Shown here: piece by piece, positions 20,684 through 31,283 of the stretch
Numbering within the stretch: position 1 is the first letter of the stretch
Layout of the letters: each line of letters opens with the position of its first letter
Origin: an uncultured bacterium
GTDB lineage: Bacteria > Verrucomicrobiota > Verrucomicrobiia > Limisphaerales > UBA8199
Reading direction: 5' to 3'
Assembly: GCA_963749495.1 (NCBI GenBank)
Contig: CAVVMW010000018.1
Span: 224,001 to 288,000 of the forward strand
Length of the DNA stretch: 64,000 nt
Made by a program: the position numbers and the translations under genes
Notes under the pieces: model-generated
Databases searched by the model: none
Told to the model about the DNA's origin: nothing
What the model saw: the letters and a program-made list of their open reading frames with translations, nothing else

Positions 20684-20734
20684 ATTTCTTTGTCCTTTCT
20701 GTCGAGGTTCGGTTTTTTAGTCCAATGCCTTCCA

Positions 20735-20751
20735 AGCTTTTGGCGTGCCAA
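20735..20751 (-). promoter_or_regulatory. Putative sigma-54 (-24/-12) promoter of hsp20 operon
   Basis: Minus strand TTGGCACGCCAAAAGCT has GG-N10-GC spacing, about 50 nt upstream of ATG. Confidence 0.55.
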
Positions 20752-20976
20752 GGACCATGCTTAATTGCAAAGCTATGATTACTAGTAGCTTACGTCATTT
20801 GATGAGCTGGACTCCGCCGCTCGTTGAGAGACATAATGTCTCTTTGTGGGAGCCTTGGTTTATTCCCTGTGTGACACAACGTCGCTGGCTGGCACAGCGA
20901 CAAAAGGGACTAAAAGGACGTAAGGGACAAAAGGGACTGAAAGGACGCGGAGGGCGTGCCTCGGTGCTGTCGGTGC

Positions 20977-21807
20977 CTACCGGCCACGGCCGCCGCCGCC
21001 ATGGCCGCCGAAACCGCCGCCACCATGGAAGCCACCACCGAAACCGCCGCCGCCACGGAAGCCACCGCCAAAACCGCCCGGCCGGCCCGCAACACCGCCG
21101 CGCCCTGGGAAACCGCCGAAACGCCCGAAACGGCCCCCGGTCCCAAAGCCGCGGTTAAAGAACCCGTGGTTCCGGAAGTGGTTGAAGTAAAAGGGGCTCA
21201 GGCCATAATAGCCCAAAGGCCAGCCGAATCCCCAGGGGTAGCCGTAGAGGTTGTTGTACCCCCAATAATCATAAGGGTAACCCAAGGGATACTCATAGCC
21301 CGGGCCGTAGGCGTTACTGTAATCCGGATAAGCCGGCGCGGGAACCGCGCTGTACTGATCCGGGATGGCCGGGGCCGGCCCATAAGGAGCGGGACCTGGC
21401 GCCGGCTGGCTGATGGCCGGCGTGGTCAAGTCCGAACCATGTTGGAGCATTGCCGCGATAATGTCCGACGAAACGCCGCGGTTTTTCAAGGCGATGATTT
21501 GTTCGGCGCTCAGGCGGTAGGGTGCAGGATAGTTGTGGATAAAGGCCTTGATCACGGCCGGGTCCACTTTGGCGTCCACCAGGCGAAGGACCTCCGCCAC
21601 GGGAGGGGAGAAGCGGATCGCAGGCGCCTGCGTGGACTGGGTGGCGGTCGGGGCAGGCTGCGTGGCTGCGGCCGCCACAGGCTCAAGCGAGGAGTTCGCC
21701 ACCTTGGTTGCGGCCACGGAAAGGGTCGCGGCGATGATTGTTGATGCCGGGATAAGTCCGCCAACCATGAAGGTCTTGGGCCACTCGTTTCGAATCCACG
21801 CTTTCAT
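20977..21807 (-). CDS. Secreted Pro/Tyr/Gly-rich hypothetical protein
   Basis: Hydrophobic N-terminus, LSAEQIIALKNRGVSSDII domain, Gly-rich tail. Confidence 0.7.
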   Translation of the reverse strand: MKAWIRNEWPKTFMVGGLIPASTIIAATLSVAATKVANSSLEPVAAAATQPAPTATQSTQAPAIRFSPPVAEVLRLVDAKVDPAVIKAFIHNYPAPYRLSAEQIIALKNRGVSSDIIAAMLQHGSDLTTPAISQPAPGPAPYGPAPAIPDQYSAVPAPAYPDYSNAYGPGYEYPLGYPYDYWGYNNLYGYPWGFGWPLGYYGLSPFYFNHFRNHGFFNRGFGTGGRFGRFGGFPGRGGVAGRPGGFGGGFRGGGGFGGGFHGGGGFGGHGGGGRGR

Positions 21808-21820
21808 AACGACAACTGCT

Positions 21821-23350
21821 CTAACGTTGACCGCTTTGAAGTACCATCATCCTTTTACCATTGTTGTCAAGAGAGCCTGAAGTCCCTGCCAGCCAGCCCA
21901 GGAAGGCAAAGGCGGGCCAGGCCAGGGCGGGAATGTAAAGCCCGAACTCGAACAGGCCCTGCAGACTCCAACCCAGCACCCCCAGCCAGACGGCAAAACG
22001 CCGCCACTCGAAGGCCGGACCGGAAAATGCCGTTTCCCCTGCCTCGATCTGCCTGGCTGCGGCGACAAGCCATATCGAAAAAGGTGCCATCGCGCCCGAC
22101 ACTGAGACCTTCGCCTCAGGCCCCAGCCCGGCCGAAGGACCTCCAGGCGCCTGTCGTCCGCGGGAATCCGGGCGGAAACGGGCAGTGCTCCAGAGCAGCG
22201 TGCCCAGGATAAACGCGCTGTAGGCAACAAATCCCGGGAGGCCCGAATCGCAGGCCTGCTCCAGATAGTCATTGTGAGTCATCTCAGTCCACTCCGCGCC
22301 AGGGCGCTTGACGGCCTTGTAAGCAGCGCCAAAGGTGCCGGGGCCGACCCCACCAAGGGGCGGTGTTTGGCGATGCGGACCGCCGCTCGCCAGTAATCCA
22401 GCCGCGCCACCGCGCTGGTGGCGCCCTTGGCGAAAAAGGCGGCGTGATGCCAGAAGAACCCCGCCAACCCCGCTGCGAGCATGGCGGCGGCCAGGCCAGC
22501 CTTGAATCTCGCGCCCAAGGGCAGCCGAAGGAGGACCACGATCCCGAGGAGCATCATCAACAGCCAGCCCGCCTTGGAACCGGACCAGTAGAGGCAGGCA
22601 AACCCTCCCACCCCAATGACCAACGCCACGAACGCCCTGGCCGGGATCGTCAGGCGCCTCAGCCCGCCGGCCACCACCAGGATCGGCGGCATCATCAACA
22701 ATAGCGCCCCCGCCAGCGCGTTGGGATAAAACAACGTGGAGAAGATTCTGTCGCTGGCCAGGCGCTTGAGATAATCGGGCGGCGGCGGGCCCTTCATCTG
22801 TGGATAGAGGTCCGTGTAAAAGTACCTGGCGCATCTGTTCCAAACCGCCGTAGTGCTGCTCCCAGCCGAAGGCGAGCATGAGCACAAAGCCCAAAGAAAG
22901 CCCCAGCCAGAACAGGGCCAGGGACCTGGCGTTGCTCAGTGAAAACAGGCCCAGATAGAAACAGGCCACGCAGGCGGCGAAATGCCCCACGACGGCCCAC
23001 GAATTGCCGGCACTGGCCGCCTGGCTGGCGGCGAAGACCTGCCAGGCCAGCCAGGCCAGGGGCAAGGCAATCAGCCAAAGCGGCGCCTCAGGCCGCCGCC
23101 GGCGCGCGCCAGCCAGACCCAGCAAGGCGACCAGGCCCAGGAGCCAGTAGGCCCAGGCTATCGGCCAGGGCGAGGCGAACACAAACTCCCAACCATCGCG
23201 CGGGGGACGGACCAACGATTCCATCACCGGCGGATTGCCGAACTTGAGCAGGGCCAGGCCAAGAAAAGCGCCCAGGCACGCCACGAACAGCCGCAACGGC
23301 ACGGGGTCGGCTCTTGTAACGACGGGCAGTGGTCTGGCCTCGGGCTTCAT
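21821..23350 (-). CDS. O-antigen ligase-like membrane protein; two frameshifts (~22830, ~22350)
   Basis: RIFSTLFYPNALAG, SGSKAG, ARLDYW, GxGPGTF, HNDYLEQ split across frames. Confidence 0.75.
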   Translation of the reverse strand: MKPEARPLPVVTRADPVPLRLFVACLGAFLGLALLKFGNPPVMESLVRPPRDGWEFVFASPWPIAWAYWLLGLVALLGLAGARRRRPEAPLWLIALPLAWLAWQVFAASQAASAGNSWAVVGHFAACVACFYLGLFSLSNARSLALFWLGLSLGFVLMLAFGWEQHYGGLEQMRQVLLHGPLSTDEGPAAARLSQAPGQRQNLLHVVLSQRAGGGAIVDDAADPGGGRRAEAPDDPGQGVRGVGHWGGRVCLPLLVRFQGGLAVDDAPRDRGPPSAALGREIQGWPGRRHARSGVGGVLLASRRLFRQGRHQRGGAAGLLASGGPHRQTPPLGGVGPGTFGAAYKAVKRPGAEWTEMTHNDYLEQACDSGLPGFVAYSAFILGTLLWSTARFRPDSRGRQAPGGPSAGLGPEAKVSVSGAMAPFSIWLVAAARQIEAGETAFSGPAFEWRRFAVWLGVLGWSLQGLFEFGLYIPALAWPAFAFLGWLAGTSGSLDNNGKRMMVLQSGQR

Positions 23351-23576
23351 TGGGGGCGCGGGGCCGCTCCGAGAGCGCCGCGAGCGGGGACCTTTGCCGC
23401 AACCTTTGCCGCAATCCCGCTCAGCGGGATCGGCTTGGCCATGCTTCGACAAAGGCGGCGACTAAGGTTGCGACAAAGGTCTGGCATCGGAGCTTCCAGG
23501 CTGATTCGGCCAGCCGCCCTTAGGTCCCTTGCGTCCCTTTTGTCGCTTTCCCGAGCGTCCCTTTTGTCGCTTGCTC

Positions 23577-24648
23577 TCATCCCAGGCGCAGCTTGAGGAG
23601 GGCGACCTCGATGGCCAGGGCCTCCTGGACGTTGGTGCCGAGCCTGCGCTGGAGTTGTTCCATCACCTGCAGATTCTCCACCGCCTGCCGGGGCGAAACC
23701 CGGCGCGCGACTTGCTCCGTGGCGGGCAACTCGGGAAAACTCAGGAGCGTGCCGCCCGCCGGCGGCCCGGCCCCGCGCGGCTGGCCCTGCGAGCCTGAGT
23801 TGAGCGTCAACAGCCACACGTCCCGCAGCCACCACTGAACGACGCCGAGCAACTCCGTCCGCCGCCGCTTGTACTCCGCCTCGATGGCCGCAGCCAGTTG
23901 GCTCTCCCATTTGTCGCGCAATTCCTCCTCGGCCTCCTCGTATTGCTCGAGGGGAGAGCGGGCCTTGAGGGCCTGCTCGGTGTCTTGCCGCAGTTGGTTG
24001 AGCCGGCCCAGGAGCGCGTCCATGAGACGATAGCTGGCCAGCAGGCTCTTCTGCGGGGCGGCGGCCTTCTGCGCGAATGAGGCCAGCCAGGCCAGATGAG
24101 CGGCGTCCAGCGGGCGGCGGCCCTCGCCGGCGAAACTCAGCCGCAGGCAGCGCGAGAGGACCGTCTCCAGGAGTTGCTGCGGCTCGGTCGTCAGGAGGAT
24201 GAGGATGGACCGGGCCGGCGGCTCCTCCAGCGTCTTGAGAAAGGCATTGGCCGCCTCTTTCTTCAACCGGTCGGCGCCCACCACCACGGCCACTTTGTAC
24301 TGGGCCTCGGCGGGCTTGAGATGGATGTCCCTCGACAATTCGCGCATCTGGTCGATGCTCACGATGCGCATCCTGGATTCGGGCCGGACCCAGTGGACGT
24401 TCAGGGTGGTTGGCGTGGTCGATTTTTCTGCAAGTCAGGCAATTGTCGCAGCAGTCGATGGCGGCGCCGTCGCGCTCGCGGATGGGCTGCTGGCAGTTGA
24501 GCGTCTTGGCCAGCGTGCGCGCCAGGGTCTCCAGTTCGTCCAATTGGTGGCCCGTGAACAGATAGGCATGGGCCAATCGCCGCCGTTCCAACGAGCGCTG
24601 GAGCAACTGGATGCCTTGCTGGTGTCTCGGAAGGTCCTTAAAGGCCAT
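23577..24648 (-). CDS. holB: DNA polymerase III subunit delta'; frameshift near 24400
   Basis: RLAHAYLF, CCDNCLTCRKI..NHP, AANAFLKTLEEPP, LLETVLSRC. Confidence 0.9.
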
Positions 24649-24650
24649 CT

Positions 24651-25550
24651 TTATTCATCGAAGAACGGGAACAGCTTCTTGAGTCGGGCCTTGTCCGGCC
24701 GCTGCCCGTATTCGCAGACCTCGAAGGCCTCGGCGTACTTGACGGCGGCGCCCTTTTCCTGCCCGTAGAATTCCTGGAGCTTGGCGCGGAACCGCTCGGC
24801 CAGGTTGTGCGAGCGCCTTTCGAACCCGGCGCGGACCTCGCGCCGGCGCTCCTGCTGCTTGGCCGGGTCGCTGGGCAGCAACTCGGCCGAGCCGTTGGCG
24901 CCGCCCTCGTAGAATTGGGATTCCAGGGCGTCCAGGGCATCGAGTTTCTTCTCGATGACGGGGTCGATGGCGATGGCGATGTCCGGCTGGAACGGGTTGG
25001 GCTTCTGGAACGAGTCCGGGTTATAGAGGAAGACAGGATTGTGCTCGAGGCAAGGCACGTCCGGGCAGAAGAACGGCACCGTAACCATGTAAGCGGAGTC
25101 CTGGACCAGCACCCCCGTGTAGCGGTGGTCCGGATGATAATCATTGGGGCGCGGGGCGATGACGACGTCGGCCTTCCATTGGCGGATGAGCTTGGTGATG
25201 AGCTTGCGGTTTTCCAGCGTCGGCAGCAACTCCCCGTCGTGGATGTCCAGCACCTCGCAGGTCACCCCCAGGATCTGGTCCGCGCGCTGTGCCTCGGCCT
25301 TGCGCCGATGCGCCAACGGCCCGCCCGCGTCGCGCCAATGGCCGATGTCCCCGTTGGTGACCGAGACCAGCTTGACGTGATGTCCCTTGGCCGCCCACAT
25401 GGCCGCCACGCCCCCGACCTGGATCTCGCAGTCGTCGGGGTGCGCGCCAAAACAGATGATCCGCAGCTTGCCGTCGTCCGGCGGCGCCGGCGACCCGGCC
25501 GTGACCAGAAGCGCCGTGCCTGTCAGCAGAGGAAGGAGTAATCGTTTCAT
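24651..25550 (-). CDS. PIG-L family deacetylase
   Basis: GAHPDDCE, YHPDH motifs, signal peptide. Confidence 0.9.
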   Translation of the reverse strand: MKRLLLPLLTGTALLVTAGSPAPPDDGKLRIICFGAHPDDCEIQVGGVAAMWAAKGHHVKLVSVTNGDIGHWRDAGGPLAHRRKAEAQRADQILGVTCEVLDIHDGELLPTLENRKLITKLIRQWKADVVIAPRPNDYHPDHRYTGVLVQDSAYMVTVPFFCPDVPCLEHNPVFLYNPDSFQKPNPFQPDIAIAIDPVIEKKLDALDALESQFYEGGANGSAELLPSDPAKQQERRREVRAGFERRSHNLAERFRAKLQEFYGQEKGAAVKYAEAFEVCEYGQRPDKARLKKLFPFFDE

Positions 25551-26430
25551 AAAAATTCGCCAGGTTGATTGTCGGCGCCGACTATAGAACGACCCGAGCC
25601 TGGACGTAAAGTCCCTTGTGGCATCCCTTTTCGATCAATTCTGATTCTGGGGCCCTTCCGCATAAATGCGGCGTTCCGGCCGCGTTCGGAACGCCGCATT
25701 TATGCGGCAGCGAGGCGCCGAAGCGAGAATGGCCAGGCTTCGAAAGCCAAAATGAGAATTGCTGAAATAGCGGCGCGCCAATACGGCTCATAGCCTTGAA
25801 GAGGTTTAATTGACTTTAATTGGCTTTATTACCCGGTCGTCAGGTTGCCCTACAGTGTGTGGCAACCAACCATGCTCCCTCTCCCCATCCGATGGGGAGA
25901 GGGCCGGGGTGAGGGGTCGTCCCTGTGTAGTGCATCCCACGGACTGTTCAATAAGGTTTCGGGTTTCAGGGGCTCACGTTTCACGTTTCAGGTTTCCTCT
26001 CCTCGGCGGCAACGCATTCTGAGAATTCAGCGCCCAGGGGCTCGGAGGGCCGGGTCGCCAGAGGCGAGGAGCTCGGAGAGGGATTGCTGCCCGGCTGCGT
26101 GGAGGATGCGGGCACGGAAGCCGGCTTGGGCTTGCCTGGCTTGGGCCTCGGCTTCGATGCGGTCAGCGCGGCGGCGGTCCAGTTGGAGGGATTGAAAACT
26201 GGAATTTCTCATGGACGCCACTATGCGCCGCCTCGACCTCTCCTGTCCACGGACAGAGCGGACTGTTCGGACAATGCGGAGTTTTTGCGGTTGGGCCGGC
26301 TATCCATGTGGTGGATTTTGGCCGCCCGCGAAGCGGCAATGCCGGTTCTTTGTGAATGTCATCGCGCCAATCCCCACGGGTACGGGACAAAATAGTAACC
26401 ATTAGAGCTGTTCATTTCCGCGTATTTCGC

Positions 26431-27230
26431 TCGCAGCCCATAAGGCTGCCAGTCCAGCCGGTGGAAGTCCGGCGATGGTAACTGACGATGAACCATACAG
26501 TGATAACCGACACGGGAAGGGGCGACCCGACCCGCGAAAGCTCGGTCGTAAAAGTCCTGGCCGGAGCAGGGCGAGCAACACCTCCAGGCCGTAGCATAAA
26601 GCGAAAGCTGCAGCTTCGTTACGCTACCCACGGGTTCCGGATTCGTGGGATTTGTGACTGCCGAACCGGTGCGAAAACGGCGAAGGCACAACCAACGATG
26701 AAGGCATCGTCGCAGGCAATCGTTGGAGTCACCGGAGTACGGGCGGCGGCATGGGGTGAAAGGACTGGCAGAGTAAATTGGGGACCCTCTGGGGCTGGCG
26801 GGTTGGTCCCGCAGCCTGGCGGAATAATGCATAAGCCGCTGGGTGGCCAACAGAGGCGCACATGTGGCCATAGTAAGCGACGAGCCGACCGGACAGCACA
26901 ACCGGTTGGGGAGCCAAGGGCCACTGGACCCGCGGTCGTGGTCAGAGGTTCTCGGTGCCGCTTGGACGCAAGTCCGACTACGGAACAAACGCCGGGGACG
27001 GAGATACCGACGGTGACGGCCTATAAGCGGGCGGTAGCACGCCCGCGAAGGTGGCCGTGGCGTCAGGCGGGTTTGAAGCCGGTACTGGGGAAAACCCACC
27101 TGTACGGAATTTTAGAGGGGGCAGAGGAAACGAAGTGAATGGCCTGATGACCGTTTGCCACGATGCCCGAAAGGGCCGATACACTGGAAGTCATTGGCCT
27201 AATCATGTTCGCGCCTCTGCTCTACTCGAT
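26431..27230 (+). mobile_element. ORF-less group II intron, copy 1 (800 nt)
   Basis: Domain V AAGCCGGTACTGGGGAAAACCCACCTGTACGG (~27076-27108), domain VI with bulged A at 27224 and 3' end CTCGAT, EBS1 GCGAAA at 26671-26676; no RT ORF. Confidence 0.85.
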
Positions 27231-27239
27231 GTATTTCGC

Positions 27240-28039
27240 TCGCAGCCCATAAGGCTGCCAGTCCAGCCGGTGGAAGTCCGGCGATGGTAACTGACGATGA
27301 ACCATACAGTGATAACCGACGCGGGAAGGGGCGACCCGACCCGCGAAAGCTCGGTCGTAAAAGTCCTGGCCGGAGCAGGGCGAGCAACACCTCCAGGCCG
27401 TAGCATAAAGCGAAAGCTGCAGCTTCGTTACGCTACCCACGGGTTCCGGATTCGTGGGATTTGTGACTGCCGAGCCGGTGCGAAAACGGCGAAGGCACAA
27501 CCAACGATGAAGGCATCGTCGCAGGCAATCGTTGGAGTCACCGGAGTACGGGCGGCGGCATGGGGTGAAAGGACTGGCAGAGTAAATTGGGGACCCTCTG
27601 GGGCTGGCGGGTTGGCCCCGCAGCCTGGCGGAATAATGCATAAGCCGCTGGGTGGCCAACAGAGGCGCACATGTGGCCATAGTAAGCGAGGAGCCGACCG
27701 GACAGCACAACCGGTTGGGGAGCCAAGGGCCACTGGACCCGCGGTCGTGGTCAGAAGTTCTCGGTGCCGCTTGGACGCAAGTCCGACTACGGAACAACCG
27801 CCGGGGACGGAGATACCGACAGTGACGGCCTATAAGCGGGCGGTAGCACGCCCGCGAAGGTGGCCGTGGCGTCAGGCGGGTTTGAAGCCGGTACTGGGGA
27901 AAACCCACCTGTACGGAATTTTAGAGGGGGCAGAGGAAACGAAGTGAATGGCCTGATGACCGTTTGCCACGATGCCCGAAAGGGCCGATACACTCGAAGT
28001 CATTGGCCTAATCATGTTCGCGCCTCTGCTCTACTCGAT
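27240..28039 (+). mobile_element. ORF-less group II intron, copy 2 (800 nt)
   Basis: Same structure as copy 1, about 8 substitutions by eye, separated from it by 9-nt exon GTATTTCGC. Confidence 0.85.
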
Positions 28040-28328
28040 GGTTCATTCTTCTTCGGAGCTTTGCTAGCCTCGCCGGCCATGGCACCTGAGGGCAACCGCG
28101 GAATACGCGGAATACGCGGAAAACAAAGCCGCTCAGCGATCCGGGGCGGGCTGGCCGGCATTGGGGCAGCCCCATTTCATTGCGGTTGCCGCCGAGCTGA
28201 CCTCTCCGTGCGCACCTTCAAGGTCCACCGCGGGCGCGTGATGCAGAAACGCGCAACCAACTCCTCTGGTCCGCCATCTGCTCCTCGACCGCGCGCACCG
28301 GCAAAGCCGGGGGGCGCGCGAGGACAAA

Positions 28329-28476
28329 TGACGAATGACGAATGACGAATGACGAATACTGAACTTGCGGGGGCGCCCGGATGGCCCTCCCTCGCCCATA
28401 GCGAATAGCCCATAGCCAATAACCAAGGGCCAAGCGTCATTCGTCATTCGTCATTCGTCATTCGTCATTCGTCATT
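28329..28476. repeat. Heptamer (ATGACGA)n / (TCGTCAT)n inverted tandem-repeat hairpin
   Basis: Direct reading; another array at 31221-31257. Confidence 0.85.
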
Positions 28477-28547
28477 GGTCCTCCGCCACGTTCCCCATTG
28501 ACTGCGCCCCCCAGCCGCCGCTACCCTCCTCGCATCAACGCTGCCTC

Positions 28548-30074
28548 ATGACCGGTCCGCTTCTCCAATTGACCCGGGTTGCCAAGTCGTTCGGGGCTGT
28601 GCGGGCCCTCAGGGAGGTCTCGTTCGATTTGCGGCCGGGCGAGGTGCATGCCTTGTTGGGCGAGAACGGCGCGGGCAAGTCCACGCTCATCAAAATTATC
28701 AGCGGCGCTCACGGGCCGGACTCGGGCTTTATCGAAATTGCCGGGCGCCGCATCCGGCGCCTGACGCCGTCCGGCGCGCGCAAGCTCGGCATTGCCTGCA
28801 TCTACCAACAGCCGGCGCTTTGTCCTAACCTGACGGTCGCCGAGAACATCGCCTTGCGGCTGCGCTCGTTGCGTCCGCTGGCCCGAGTGGACCGCCGGGC
28901 GCAGCGCCGGCAGGCCGCCCGATTGCTGGAGCGGCTCGGCGCCGCCCTCTGCCCCGATGCCGAGGCGCGCGCCCTCTCCATGCCCCAGCAACAGTTGGTC
29001 GAGATCGCCTGCGCCCTGGGCGCCAATGCGCGCATCCTCGTCCTGGACGAACCCACTGCCTCGCTCACGCAGCCGGAGGCCGAATTGCTCTTCAACATCG
29101 TCCGCAACCTCCGCGCGGCAGGCGCCGGCCTGGTCTATATCTCGCACCGCCTGGAGGAGATCTTCGTGCTGGCCGACCGCGTGACCGTGCTGCGCGACGG
29201 CCAGAGCGTCGGCACCCTCGAATCGGACCTCGCCCCGGATGCACCGAGGGGGAGTTGATCCGGCTCATGGTCGGCCGGGAGGTGGACCGGATGTATCCGC
29301 AAACCGAGGGAGCGCAGGCAGGAGGCCAGCCCCAGGCTGAGGGCGAGGGCGTTGTGCTCTCACTCAGGAACCTCTGCTGTGCCGCTGGTGGCGTGCGGGG
29401 GGTGAGTTTCGATGTTGGCGCGGGCGAGATAACGGCCCTGGCTGGGTTGGTCGGGGCAGGGCGCACCGAGTTGGCCCGCGTTCTGTTTGGCCTCACACCC
29501 GCGGACGCCGGGCAAATCCTGTTCGAGGGCCGGCCGGCAACCATCGGCTCGCCTCGCCAGGCCATGGCCCTGGGCATCGCTTACCTGCCGGAGGACCGCC
29601 GCCGGCACGGCCTGATCCTCGACTTGTCCATCGCGGCCAATATCAGCATGGCCGTCCATCGCCGGCTGTTTCCGCGAGGTTGGCTGCGGCTGGGGGCCGA
29701 GCGCGCCCTGGCCCTGGACTTCATGCGCGCCCTGGCCATAAAGGCGCCGGGGCCCGAGGCCGCCGCCGGCTCGCTCAGCGGCGGCAACCAGCAGAAAGTC
29801 GCCCTTGCCCGCTGGCTGGCCGCCACGCCCCGCCTGCTCATTTTGGATGAACCCACCCAGGGCGTCAACGTCGCCGCGAAGAGCGAAATCCACAAACTCA
29901 TCCGCCGCCTGGCGGCGCAGGACTGGCCATTCTGATGATCTCGAGCGACCTGCCCGAGGTCCTGGGCATGGGCCAGCGCATTATTGTCATGCGCGGCGGC
30001 ACGGTGGCGGCGCGGCTGCCGGGCGGCAGCCCGGCGCACCTCGTGATGGCCGCCGCCTTGGGACAGAGCAGTGA
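28548..30074 (+). CDS. Sugar ABC transporter ATP-binding protein; frameshifts ~29250 and ~29925
   Basis: GENGAGKST, LDEPT twice, LSGGNQQKV, ISSDLPEV. Confidence 0.9.
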
Positions 30075-30243
30075 AACGTGAACAGTGAACCCTGAACTCT
30101 GAACTCTGAACCTTGAACCATGAAAGACAAAACGTGAAACGTGAAACGTGAAACGTGAAGGGTGAAAGACAGAAGGTGAAAACCGAGGTCGTCTTTGACC
30201 GCTCTCTTTAGTTTTCACGTTTCACTCTCCCGCTGCCAACGAT

Positions 30244-31224
30244 ATGAGACAGTTCGTGACCCGTAATTCCCGGGAGGTGACGGTTGCCGGGGCGCTGGGG
30301 GTGGTGTTGCTGGCCCTGGCGCTGTTTGCGCCGGGGTTTTACCAGGGGCAGCCGCTGCTCTCGCTGCTCACGCGGCAGGCCCCGGCCTTGGTGGTGGCCT
30401 GCGGGATGGGCCTGGTCATTGTCAGCCGGCAGATCAATATCTCCGTCGGCTCTCAATTCGCCGTCTGCAGCGTCTGCGCGGGCCTGCTGGCCGCCGCCCG
30501 ATGGCCGCCCGGCCTGATGGTCCCGGCGGTCATTGGATTGGGCGCGGCGATGGGGGCGTTCAACGGCGGGCTGGTGGCCGGGTTGCGCCTGCCCTCGATC
30601 GTGGTGACCCTGGCCACGATGGTCGCCTGGCGCGAGGGGTTGCGCTGGCTGCGTCAGGGCCTGTGGGTGGACTTGCCCGAGGGCCTCCAGTGGTTCGGAT
30701 TGCGCCAATCGGCAGGACAATGGACCCTGGTTGGCCTGGCGTTGGGTTTATGGGCCGCGCTGGCCTTTGGCAGCAACGGCCTGGCTGCCGGCCGCTTCGT
30801 CTATGCGGTCGGCTCGGACGCCGAGGCGGCGCGCCTGGCCGGCATTGCTCCGGGCCTGGTGACCTTCGGCGTCTTCGTGCTCCTGGGCGCCCTGGCCGGG
30901 CTGGGGGCCTTGATGAACGTGGTGCAATCACCGCAAGTGGACCCCAACTGCGGCTCGGGCCTGGAACTCAAGACTATCGCGGCGGCAGTGGTGGGCGGCA
31001 TCGCCGTATCCGGCGGGCGCGGCCGCCTCTGGGGCGTCCTGGCCGGGCTGCTGCTCCTGGCCTGCGTGAGCCCCGCTCTGACCCATCTGCACGTCCAACC
31101 GCATTGGGAAAAGGCAATCCAGGGCGCGATCATCCTGGGGGCCGTGGCGGCCGAGGGCCTGGCGCGACGGGGGATGGAACGTCACCCTTCCTCGAGCGCA
31201 TTGAGGCCGGAAAGCGGCCAATGA
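30244..31224 (+). CDS. Sugar ABC transporter permease
   Basis: RbsC-like INISVGS, PSIVVTLA, LELKTIAAAVVGG. Confidence 0.9.
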   Translation: MRQFVTRNSREVTVAGALGVVLLALALFAPGFYQGQPLLSLLTRQAPALVVACGMGLVIVSRQINISVGSQFAVCSVCAGLLAAARWPPGLMVPAVIGLGAAMGAFNGGLVAGLRLPSIVVTLATMVAWREGLRWLRQGLWVDLPEGLQWFGLRQSAGQWTLVGLALGLWAALAFGSNGLAAGRFVYAVGSDAEAARLAGIAPGLVTFGVFVLLGALAGLGALMNVVQSPQVDPNCGSGLELKTIAAAVVGGIAVSGGRGRLWGVLAGLLLLACVSPALTHLHVQPHWEKAIQGAIILGAVAAEGLARRGMERHPSSSALRPESGQ

Positions 31225-31283
31225 CGAATGACGAATGACGAATGACGAATGACGAATTTCGTTTTTGGGGCCGGTTCGATTCT

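Noticed and set aside
26359..27947. 200-250-aa ORFs inside the duplicated 800-nt element
   Set aside because: No RT/maturase or transposase motifs; incidental ORFs in structured RNA
26422..28039. Simple 809-bp tandem duplication or assembly artefact
   Set aside because: Copies differ at about 8 sites and their removal restores a repeat matching the downstream arm; read-level check still advisable
28190..28255. VRTFKVHRGRVMQK fragment resembling a FixJ/LuxR C-terminus
   Set aside because: Too short, with no intact gene; at most a remnant
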